DNA of 64,000 bases, counting the filler, from Stramenopiles sp. TOSAG23-6 (lineage: Eukaryota), in NCBI GenBank assembly GCA_900128565.1. It is 9 parts of 9 records of this genome, joined end to end, with 100 filler letters (N's around TTAATTAATTAA, not from the genome) between each part and the next. Parts side by side here need not be neighbours in the genome. Positions count along the whole stretch, not along the records: positions 35,947 to 43,015 come from LT636614.1; positions 43,116 to 50,181 come from LT636615.1; 7 more parts are not named here. One strand, 5' to 3'. The notes under the pieces are model-generated. The model made no database searches. It saw only the letters and a list, made by a program, of their open reading frames with translations, and was not told the DNA's origin. Positions 35,947-47,004 of this stretch are shown here, piece by piece (within the stretch, counting starts at the first letter, position 1; every line of letters begins with the position of its first letter). Both the position numbers and the translations under genes were made by a program.

Positions 35947-37590
35947 CCAAAACCATTTGGTCCTCCACCTCCAAAACCACCAAAACCACCAAAACCACCA
36001 AAACCATTTGGTCCTCCGCCACAAAAAACACAAAAAACACAAAAAACACAAAACCAAATAGAACAATCTGTCGTCACTATACCACAACCACAACCAAAAT
36101 TAAGTATAGTAATAAAACCACTATCTATTTCATTTCCATCAGTTTCAAATGAAAATTCTGATTCTGAAGAAAACAACATAAATAAAAACATTCAGGTTTC
36201 AAATAATTCCTCAACAAAAACAACAACAACAACAACAACAATGTCATCTAGAATATCACGATTGTCACCCGTTGTAGCCAAGTTACGAAGAGACAGTCGA
36301 AAATATAGAGGTTTTAATAAATTTAGTATGAAAAATCAACCAAAAATACCAAAAATACCAAAAATACCAAAAATACCGTTTGCCATGCAATCTATAGAAG
36401 AAAAATCTTCAGATATTTCAAATTCTAATAACAAAATGATACAGGATACGTATGATCCACGTAATGAACCGGGTATCCATGATATAGACTTTATATACAA
36501 CTCGCCCCCCGTAACACCAGGAGGCAAAAATTCTATATTGGCTATAGCTTTGGCGGATGTACGTCTTTACTCATCATTTTTTTTAGAATCATTTTTTTCA
36601 CCTAATTTTTTAACCTAATGTTTTTTTTTTCGTAGGCAATTTTGTACCTAACAAAATTTGATTTTTTTTTTGAAATATTTTCTCAAAAATACATTACGTA
36701 GCAACTGATAATAATGAATTAACATTTAGAAAAGGCGATTTAATAAGAATATTACAACAAGCTGCGAGTGGCTGGTGGAAAGGTGAAATTCGTCATATGG
36801 TTGGTTTCTTCCCTTCAACATTTGTACATATTAAATACGATTTATATACAATAGAGGAAGTAGATACACCACGAAATACAGATACAAATCACAGCACAAT
36901 TGGTGATACTATATTAAAAGCAGATCAAATAAAACAAATTAATGCATCTACAGAATTAGATCAAAACAAACAAATCAAATTAAAATCAACAGTAGATACT
37001 ACTACTACTATTGATCCACATAACCCTAACCCTAATCCACTCCAATCACCAAAATCAACAATACAATCAACTCTACATAAAACTAAATCTGCATTCAGTC
37101 CAATTCATAAAAATACCACCGTTCCAGTAAACCCTTCAACAAATATTTCTCCCAGTACGGCAAATACAATCGCCTCAAAAATGACATTGTCTTCTTCATT
37201 TGGAACTCAACAAATTCGAAATTCATCAAGTACCAAATTTCATATAGACTCGATTTCAATATCACCAAGAGCAAATCCAACAACAGATCCACGATCTCCG
37301 TGGGGAGAATTAACTCCACGATCACCATCACCTCTTCATTCACCGCCAAGATCACCAAGATGTAGGTTTGTTTTACTATTTTTTTACTATTTTTTACACT
37401 ATTTTTTACTATTTTTTTTTACTTTTAAAATGTTTTTTTGTTTTTTTTATGGAAAATTTTGTACCTTTACATTTTTCAACTCACCAATTTTGAATGAAAT
37501 ATATTTTTTCAAAAAACATCACCACCAAGATCACCTCGATCAAGTAAAAGTGGAAGAGCCAGCAGTCCACCATTGTGATTATATTCTCTA
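35947..37590 (+). CDS. Pro/Ser-rich SH3-domain protein, partial. GT-AT introns at 36559-36694 and 37362-37519
   Basis: Splicing gives a complete SH3 domain: AIALADYVATDNNELTFRKGDLIRILQQAASGWWKGEIRHMVGFFPSTFV. Confidence 0.88.
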
Positions 37591-37895
37591 GGTACGAAAT
37601 TCGGTCAAAAAAATTTATAAAAAAAAAAATTAAAAATAAATTTTTTTATTTAAAAATTTATTTTATTGTTGTCCATGGAATTTTCATGTCATTCACAGAA
37701 CCTGAGGCTTTAAAACCAACATCAGCTTTAGATAATGTATCCATCATTTCTTGTGGGATCGACCAACCCTCCTGTAATTCTGAAAAAAAATTCCAAAAAA
37801 AAATTGTTAGGTACAAAATTTCGTACGAAAAAAAAAATTTCAAAAAAAAAAATTTTCAATTTCAATTTCAAATTTAAAAAAAAAATAAAACATAC

Positions 37896-39880
37896 ATTCA
37901 ATTTGATCACCAGGACACAAAACAACAGCACCAAGAACATCTGTTCCCATAAAACGAATACCCTTATGTTGATTTTGTTTTTTTTTCACAAGTGTAGAAT
38001 TAGAATTCGTGTTTTTTTTCAAAAGTTGTTTTTTTTTGTTTTTTTCTGATCTCATTTTCAATACAATTGCTCTTTTTTCAGGATCTGAAGGTAAACTTAA
38101 ACAGCCTTGATTTGTTTCATCATTTGTTTTATCATTTGTTTGATTATTTGTTTGATTATTTGTTTCATCATTTGTTTTATCATTTGTTTCATCATTTGTT
38201 TGATCATTTGTTTGATCATTTGTTTCATCATTTGTTTGATTATTTGTTTGATTATTTATTTCATCATTTGTTTCATCATTTATTTCATCATTTGTTTCAT
38301 CATTTGTTTCATCATTTGTTTTTTCGACTTCAAAAGGGACTATATAACCACCCAATATTGTCACATTTCCATGATTACTCCTATCATTTTTTGAATATCG
38401 TTTTGATGTATCCATTTCTGATATTGTCCCAATACAACGCTTTCCAGGAGTTTCAAGGGAAACACTGTTTTCAGGTAATAATGTAATTTCAAATGCACCT
38501 ATATTTTGGAAAAATATTTCAAAATTTTTTTTTTTAGTTTCAAAAAAAAAAAAAAATTGTTAGGTAAAAAATTTTCAAAAAAAAAAAAAAATTCGATTTT
38601 TTTGTAAAAAAAAAATAAATAAAACATACCTATAGTATAATTATCTGATGCTTTCTTTTGATGACGATCAGATCTTTGGGATCTTTGGTAACCAGAGTGT
38701 CGTACAACACTTTCAGGAGGAGGAGGAGGTAAATATTGTGAAAAAATATTAAAAAAAAAAATTAATTTTTGTTAGGTATAAAATTTCGTACGAAAAAAAA
38801 ATTTCAAAAAAAAAAAATTCGAAATTGAAAAAAAAATAAAACATACAATTCCGTACCACTTAATACTATAAATGAGACACAATCACCCACACGTAGTTCA
38901 CCATTACGTCTTTCTTTTGGTATTTCGTGTTTTTGATGTTTTTGATGTTTTTGATGGTTGGAACAATTTTCATACCGAGTACTCTTATATATAGTATTTA
39001 TTTCAGAGTACATGTTATGTCCAAAATCATTTACATGTTTCGTACCAAATTCAGTACGTGAAGAATTTCGGATGTCCTGTGAATTATCAACATGATCAAC
39101 ATGATCAACATGATCATCAACACATGAACTTTCTTCATTATATTTTTTGTTTTTTTTGTCTTTTTTGTCTAAAGATTGACTAGTACTTTCTTCCATTTTA
39201 GGTAATGCGACAGTAGGATCAACCGTTTCTTCAGATTTGATGTCACAGAAAAAAAATTTCACTTTCTTGTTGACTGATGTTCGTTGAATCATTCCAAATT
39301 TGTTTTTCAAATTGATACTTGAGATAATACCTGTTTCAACATCACCATCTACAATATTCTCAGAAATAGTAAATTCACGTTCGGCTAACTTAACTGCTTC
39401 ACGATCTGCTTTTGATTGACCAAAGTGAATTGAGCTTGCTCTGGTCCGACCTCGATGGTCAGAGGATAGGAAAAAAGTAAGCTCATCACCGATAGAGATG
39501 TCTTGCTCATCAATTTGTCGAAGTTCCGAATAATGAAAGAAAATTTCGTCCATAGAGGAAGCATCATCATCAAGACAGAGGAAACCAAATTCACTCTTTT
39601 TCGAGGAAACAACACCAGTCAGTCGTTCACTTTGGTGGTGACTCTCTTCTTCACGTCTTTGNTTACCTCGGCTTTGGTACGAACTACGATGTCGATCATA
39701 TCGACCAGTATAACGCTGATTACGATCATAATCATCATGCCTATGGCTGTCACGCTGGTAGGACGAACGTCCTTGGCTGTACTCATTACGGGCACTAGTG
39801 TATCGACCTTCGCGTACATTAGACCTGCTTCCACGACTATAGCCACGAGAGTCACTTCGGTCATAACTATTGCGCCTCAT
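37896..39880 (-). CDS. Multi-cold-shock-domain RNA-binding protein (CSDE1/UNR-like) with an Arg/Ser-rich N-terminus. Introns at 38731-38846 (GT-TT) and 38499-38629 (GT-AG); 3' end unresolved
   Basis: TGVVSSKKSEFGFL...EIFFHYSE...IGDELTF, KFGMIQR...FFF and LRVGDCVSF are cold-shock-domain motifs; the spliced frame is continuous. Confidence 0.78.
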
Positions 39881-40215
39881 CTGGATATATAAGGATGTTT
39901 GCTATGAAATCACCAGTATTCTCTGGTATTTATTACAAACGAATGCTGATGGCAAAGAAAAAGGACAGGAGGAACTCCAGTTTGATTTTTAAAAGAGCAC
40001 CAGATTGTTGACCCAAGAGGAACTTTGTTACACGGTCAGTAAAAACTGACTTGATCGATACCCGGTAACGTATTTTTGGTTGAATGACAGGAACTAACCC
40101 TAATTTTCATAGAGAATTTCTTACCTAAATAATTGGTCACCTGACCTCTATAGTCTATACTAAAGCCAGTAATTTTTTTTTGTAAAAGGCATTTCAAAAG
40201 TGCGCAAAGAATAAA

Positions 40216-41442
40216 ATGAATATTGTACTATATTTTGTCATTCTATCATGCTTGATTGTATCATCATTTGCTGCAGACGATTCTTCTAGGCCTAAAAAGA
40301 AGCCACGTCTACGTGATGGAAAACATGAACAACAACTGGAACAACAACTGGAGCAGTACAGGTTGGAAAGAAAGTTGAACGAAATCTTTGAAAAGATGAA
40401 ACGTGATTGGAATACACTTCGATGTGCATACGATACCAATAATAACTTGGCTACGCATTACGATTCGCGTATGACATTTGCATTGAGCTTGCAGCGATTA
40501 TTTAACCGAGGAATTGTCCCTCAACTGAAGAACAATGAAAGCCGATATATCCTCGACTTTCTGGGATTATCATTTTTGAATCCTTGGTCAAAGACTTGTT
40601 TGGAAAGAGTCCGTAAGACGGCAATCAAAATGATCCACCCACTCCATGTTTTGGCAAATTTCTCTAAATGTGAGATACGACCAGACATTTTGCAACGACG
40701 TATTGAAACTGGTGCACCTGTGCAAGACGTTGTTCATCGTATATTTCGTGAATATGACTGGGCACAGTTGTCACTGGAGGAGAAGAAGCAACGTTTTGCT
40801 AGAGAGGTCGTGAGAAATGGCTTGGAAAGGGACGCTCCGTTTAAAGAGGGTTATTTGTCTTTGTGGGAAGCTTTAAATAATGATGAAACCATGAAGGTCA
40901 AACTCAGGAAAGTTAAGATTCTAATTGATATAGGTGCAGATGTAAATCAGACTAATAAAGACGGAGAAACCCCGTTGTTTGCTGCTTCACAGAATGGTTA
41001 TGAAAAGATAGTTGCACGACTTATCAATGCAGGTGCTAATGTCAATCAAGCTGATAAATACGGATTTACCCCATTGTATATTGCTTCAGAGGTTGGTCAT
41101 GCAGAAGTAGTTAAAGTACTTCTTGATAATGGTGCTGATGTCAATTGGGCAAAAAATAATGGAAATACCCCATTGAATGTTGCTTCACAGGAAGGTCATG
41201 TTGGAGTAGTTGCACAACTTCTTAAAAAAGATGCTGATGTCAACAAGGCTACGAAAGGCAAATCTACCCCATTGTTGATTGCTTCATGGAAAGGTCATGA
41301 TAAAGTAGTTGAACAACTTATCGCTGCTGGTGCTTATGTCGATCAGGCTAACAAAAATGGAGATACCCCATTGCTTGTCGCTTCACAGGAACGTCACCAA
41401 AGAGTAATTGAGCTACTCACTGATGCTGGTGCTACTATATAG
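40216..41442 (+). CDS. Intronless ankyrin-repeat protein with an N-terminal signal peptide-like segment
   Basis: MNIVLYFVILSCLIVSSFA followed by five GxTPLxxAS ankyrin repeats. Confidence 0.88.
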   Translation: MNIVLYFVILSCLIVSSFAADDSSRPKKKPRLRDGKHEQQLEQQLEQYRLERKLNEIFEKMKRDWNTLRCAYDTNNNLATHYDSRMTFALSLQRLFNRGIVPQLKNNESRYILDFLGLSFLNPWSKTCLERVRKTAIKMIHPLHVLANFSKCEIRPDILQRRIETGAPVQDVVHRIFREYDWAQLSLEEKKQRFAREVVRNGLERDAPFKEGYLSLWEALNNDETMKVKLRKVKILIDIGADVNQTNKDGETPLFAASQNGYEKIVARLINAGANVNQADKYGFTPLYIASEVGHAEVVKVLLDNGADVNWAKNNGNTPLNVASQEGHVGVVAQLLKKDADVNKATKGKSTPLLIASWKGHDKVVEQLIAAGAYVDQANKNGDTPLLVASQERHQRVIELLTDAGATI

Positions 41443-41723
41443 TTTCACCATCTTTAGCCGCCAGACTTGCTTTGTATAAAATGAAAGTGGGAAAAACTTA
41501 TTTTATTTTTATAAACTTGTACAAAAATGTAGATTTCTTTCACAATTTTTCTTTATATCTTTTTCAAATATGATCTAGTTTTATTTATCGAAAGCAATTA
41601 AAGTACATACAATGAAAATGATTTTATTATAATGCCGCTGGTACAGGTATAGGAAGAGGTCTCCCCCAACTATATTTATTGAAAGCAATTGAAGTATATA
41701 CAATGAAAATGATATCGATTTTA

Positions 41724-42956
41724 TTATAATGCCGCTGGTACAGGTATAGGAAGAGGACTCCCCCAACTATATTTATCGAAAGCAATTGAAGGATAATCAT
41801 ATCCATGTTTTCGTTGAACTTTATTGACATCTTGCGGCAAAATTTGAGCTTCGGATCCAATTCGAGGAGGGAACATTGCTCTAGCTCTAGCAATATGCCC
41901 ATATACACTTAATGATGCATCCACCCCAACATTTCCTGGCCATTTTGCAATTTCATGCAACATTGTAGGTTCAAAATGTGCATGGTAAGATCCACCATGC
42001 ATGATTCGATTTCCAGCAGCTCTACTGACTCCTGGTAAGGTAAACTATAATTTGTACAATATGTAAATGATAAAACAAATAAATAATCATAATTCAATTA
42101 TTCTTTTGTTGTAGAAATATTTGTGGCAAATACAAAATATTGGAATATTTCCGGTTGTATACCATCTTTTTGGTTCCGGATTCCCCATGGAACCGACTAC
42201 TCTACCTGGCGATTCATAAGGCCAAGGTGAAGATGACCATTGCCACATGTATTGTGAAAAAAAAATTTTATAAAAATTTTGTACAATTTATTAGGTACGA
42301 AATTTCATACGAAACCAAAAAAAAAAAATCGAAAAAAAATAAAACATACGGGTATCCATTAAATGGTGGATTGCCAACATAATGTTTTCCCCAGCCTGGA
42401 CCATATGGGAAACTGAATAAATAATTAGTAACATTGACAAATTTTTGTTGATGATACCCGGATCCAAGTGCTGATGCAATCTGTGGCGCATGAATTTGTA
42501 AAAAAATAATCAAAAACATTTTTTTGTTAAAATTTTTGTTCAATTTGTAAAAAAAATAATCAAAAACATTTTTTTGTTAAAATTTTGTTGAATTTGTAAA
42601 AAAATAATCAAAAACATTTTTTTGTTACAATTTGGTCAATTTTCACAGTAAAAAAAAAGCTAGAAAATTAAGAATAAAAAATTTAAAATGTACATGTGGA
42701 TTTGTGAATAAGGTTGATGCTTGTGGTAAAGATGTATTGTGAACAAATATTTTTTTTTGTAAAATTTGTTAGGTACAAAATTTTTATAAAAAACCAAAAC
42801 AAAAACTCGAAATTAAAAAAAATAAAACATATTTCCTTCACCAGGAATCATAGATTTACTACGAGAAATCTCCGGATACCCATTTAAGCCAATACGTGCA
42901 TTTTTGAGTGCATTTTGACTGCCTACGCCATAAAGATTTGTATGTACTGCATGTGG
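41724..42956 (-). CDS. Multi-exon Gly/Pro/aromatic-rich protein of unknown function, 5'-partial. Introns at 42732-42832 (AT-AT), 42490-42693, 42247-42349 and one unresolved near 42050-42135
   Basis: The frame is continuous across three motif-type introns; no recognised domain. Confidence 0.6.
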
Positions 42957-43359
42957 ATGTATTTTGGAAAAATATTTCAAAAAAAAATCTAAAAAAAATT
43001 GTTAGGTACAAAATTNNNNNNNNNNNNNNNNNNNNNNNNNNNNNNNNNNNNNNNNNNNNTTAATTAATTAANNNNNNNNNNNNNNNNNNNNNNNNNNNNN
43101 NNNNNNNNNNNNNNNAAAAATTAATTTAAAAAAAAAAAGTTTTTTTTTTTTTTTTTTTATATTTTTATTTTTTTTATTTTTTTTATTTTTTAAACCAAAA
43201 AAAAAAAAAAAAAAAATTTAAAATAAAAAAAAAAAAAAAAAAATTAATTTAAAAAAAAAAAGTTTTTTTTTTTTTTTTTTATATATTTATATTTTTTATA
43301 TTTTTTATATTTTGTACCATACAAAAAAAACAAACAAACATTTTCGCATACTATATTTT

Positions 43360-43950
43360 TGCACACTATATGATGCCACAGTTGCTCTGTATCGAAAGAA
43401 AAAAAAGTTTTCATTTGAATTTACAATTTCATTAACTTGGCGGTTAATTAACCCTAACCCTAACCTAAGAAATATTGCTGAAAGTGGAACTTTTCATCGT
43501 ACTTCAAGATTTAAAGGGTTACTCATCGACTCGAGATGGAAAAAAAATCCTGAAGCAGTCAAACATGAAACCCCTAACCCTAGTAATACAGAAAATACAA
43601 AAATACAAAAACAACAAAAACAACAAAAAATACAAAAACATATAACAGGTATGTCAGGAACAATTTTTTTTCCTGAAGTGAATTGCGATGAGCTAGGGTT
43701 AGGGTTAGGAGTACTGGACAAAACTCAAAAAAATCAAAAAAATCAAAAAAATCAAAAGAGTCCAAAACATTCAAAAAAAAAAAAAAAGATAATTTTTGAT
43801 GCAACTACATTCAAGCTCTTGAATACAAAAAATGTTGAGTATTGTGAAGAATTTCAAGAAACACATAAACAAATTAGAAATTCACTTCAAAATACAATAT
43901 CAAAATCAGTACAAATATTTTATTCAAAATTTTGTGAATTTGTGGAATAA
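43360..43950 (+). CDS. Probable Aha1 N-terminal-like domain (Hsp90 co-chaperone), last exon
   Basis: DATVALYRKKKKFSFEFTISLTW...GTIFFPEV resembles the Aha1_N pattern, interrupted by low-complexity insertions. Confidence 0.5.
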   Translation, partial: CTLYDATVALYRKKKKFSFEFTISLTWRLINPNPNLRNIAESGTFHRTSRFKGLLIDSRWKKNPEAVKHETPNPSNTENTKIQKQQKQQKIQKHITGMSGTIFFPEVNCDELGLGLGVLDKTQKNQKNQKNQKSPKHSKKKKKIIFDATTFKLLNTKNVEYCEEFQETHKQIRNSLQNTISKSVQIFYSKFCEFVE

Positions 43951-44277
43951 ACAAATTAGAAATTCACTTCAAAGTACAATATCGAAATCAGTACAAATAT
44001 TTTATTCAAAATTTTGTGAATTTGTGGAATAAATTAAATAATATGTCTCTTTTTAGGCTCTTTTTTTTTTAGGCTCTTTTTGGAGTTCTAAAAATTTAAT
44101 GGTTTTTTTTTTTTTTTTTCATTCATAAATTTGAAATTGAAGATTTTTCGAAATTCTAACCCTAACCCTAGGAGGGAGGGACTCTCGCGAAACGAAAAGA
44201 TACGGACCTCTGAGAGAGAGATCTCGATCACGTTGTGTACAATTTCAATACTTTTGAAATTGTATCTTCTTTAGAGG

Positions 44278-46484
44278 ATGAATATGTCCAATTCTCCACG
44301 GCGACGTACTGTAAAGGATGCTAGATATAGAACAACTCTTGCCGCTCCTGGTGTTTTTTCTAAAATAAACACGTCCAAGGATTACAAAACAATGCCAATT
44401 GTAAGCAAGGGGAACCTCGTTGGCTCATTGATAGAGTCTTGTTTAGCTCATTCTTCTTCGGCGAGTTCTCCAATAGAATCGATCAGATGTACCAACACAA
44501 CAGGTACATCGGACGATTCAACGAAAAATATTACATATTCGGGTAACCCACGTGATTTTTTTAAAACAAAAGAAGCTACTATTTACAACGGACAAAAAAC
44601 ACAAAGAAAGCATCTTCTTCGTAAAGCACCGGAAGAACCAGTGACTGAGTTCTTCATACATCNAAAAAAAANCCGTANTTGNCCGTATTATAACACCGAA
44701 TCAGCATTATCTACAACATAACGAAATATCTACAGAGTCATATCCTCCACATCCATATCCGTCTGATTGTGTAGGTAGTGAGTTCACAGAGAAAATCCAT
44801 AAAATGGAAACGAAATTATTTTTAGAAACTCAGAAACGACTCAAACTTCGAAAGTCTCTTTTAGAAAAATTAGATACGAAATTTCCTACTATTGATATAT
44901 GTGATGTACATAACGAGGATACAATTCAGTATAATGATAAATTGCAATCTGTAGGAAATTGTTTTGAAATGAAAAATATTGAAGCCCCAATGTGCATTGG
45001 TGAAACCTTGACCGTAATGAGTGATGAAAAAACAAAATTTAAAAATGAAAATTTCAATATTGTTGATACTATTGTTGATAATATTGTTGATAATACTATT
45101 GATAATGAAATCAATATCAGCAGCAACAATAGTAACAATACTAATATGAATTCAGTTGAATACAAAAAGTGTATAGTAGAAGATGAAACANTNAATGNAA
45201 AAAAAAAAANANTTANAAAATGCAATTACAGATTTATTATTGACACGAAAAAACGTACAAGAAGCATCTGGACAATTAAACCTTTCTCAAACGAAATTAA
45301 GACAATTAGAAAACGAACTTTTTAAAATGTTATCTCTTTGTAGATGCATTGATGGAACAAACTTGAAATCTATCAATGAGCTTTCTGAATTGATCCAAGA
45401 GCCAATCAAAAGACATTTTTCTGGATATGATAATTTGGTTTTTATGTACGTTTTTTTTTTTTGTTTTTCATACGAAATGTTGTACCTAACCAAACAAAAA
45501 AAATAGACCTTTTCTTTCAGTATGATATGATGGATGTTTCATGATACTTACTTTTTATTTTTATTCTTTTTTTTTTTTTTTTTTTTTTTTCATGAAACAT
45601 TTTGTATGAAAATGTGTTGCTAATTGTATATATATATTTTTTTTAAATATTTTTTTTTACACAACATTCAAGACAAATTAAAAAAAATGTCAGAATTATT
45701 CCTACCTACACCGTTAGAAAAGACATTTCAAGACGCTCTCAAACGAACAACTAGAACAAATTCAAATAATTCAAATAATACAAATAATACAAATAATACA
45801 AATAATACAAATAATACAAATTGTCTTTTAAAAAAAGATGTACAATTACTACACCAAGAAGATAAAGAAAGTATACAATATAATAATAATAATAATAATG
45901 ATGATTATCCTACAGATTTCAACCATCAAAAACATCTCTATTATAAAAAAGATGTAAATAAAGTGATACATAGCCATTCCAATAGTAACCCTAATCCTAC
46001 TCCTAACGAATTCGAAAGATGGTCAAAACATGATTTGAGAGATTTGGTTTGTTTTCAACAACAAAAACAACAAAAACAACAAAAACAACAACAACACAAA
46101 AACAATGATTATAAAAAAGTGAAAAAAAAAAACGAAAACACTCAAAACACTCAAATGTTTTTTGAAAATAAATTCAAAAAAGCGTCAATTTATGGAATAT
46201 ATAAACGATATATTGTATCTGAACCACCAAAGCAACCAACAAGTACAACAAATACTGTCTGTGTGGAATGTCCAGATGGGGAATTTTTCATGCTAGGCAT
46301 CTACCACTCGTCTGAAGGGCACCGACCTTTTGAAGAAATAAATGCTTTTGAAGGGAAAATGGTTGAAGTAATTGGTGTAAAGCATTCAGCCACACCACCA
46401 AATTATTATGATAAATATGATATCTTGGCAAAAATTACACCTTATATATCAGATTTTACTATAATGGAACATCGAACAGTATAA
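44278..46484 (+). CDS. Hypothetical low-complexity protein(s), fragmented by ambiguous bases and at least one motif intron starting near 45446
   Basis: Successive same-strand ORFs with Ns at the frame breaks, and a GTACGTTTT...GTACCTAAC element. Confidence 0.4.
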
Positions 46485-47004
46485 TATCGTGTACAATTTC
46501 AAATTAGAAAATAAAAAAAATATGAAAAAATATAATGATGTCGTGTTTTCTTTCACTCTACGTCTAGGGTTAGGGTTTATCAGTACTCATTTAGTATTAG
46601 GGTTAGGGTCGCTAGATATACTATATATTAAATATTTTTTTGGCAGTGACTCTTTCATTGTTTTGTTGTTTTGTATACGATTGAATAGACTAGTATATTC
46701 ATAGTGACTTGCTCTTACACAACTATAAAGACTATACAGTAATAAAAGTTTAAAAAAAAATTCAAAAAAAAAAAAAAAATTTTAAATTAAAAACATAAAA
46801 ATTTTGAATTAATTTTTTTTTATTTTAAACTCCTCGGAGACACATCTTTGTCACCTTGGTAGAAATAAAAAAGTATAAACTTGTCTATATAGTATCTTTC
46901 AAAATTGTGTTTGGGCTAATCTTGCACATTATAGAACACATCAATTTGAAGCTACCCCACGATATTTTAAAAAACACACGAAAATCAGTGTCAATTCTTT
47001 CTAA

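Noticed and set aside
37590-37895. GT-AG splice at the last cold-shock gene intron creating an in-frame TGA (possible stop-codon reassignment)
   Set aside because: It is a single case next to a probably misjoined homopolymer region, and TGA serves as a normal stop elsewhere (kinase, ankyrin-IQ gene).
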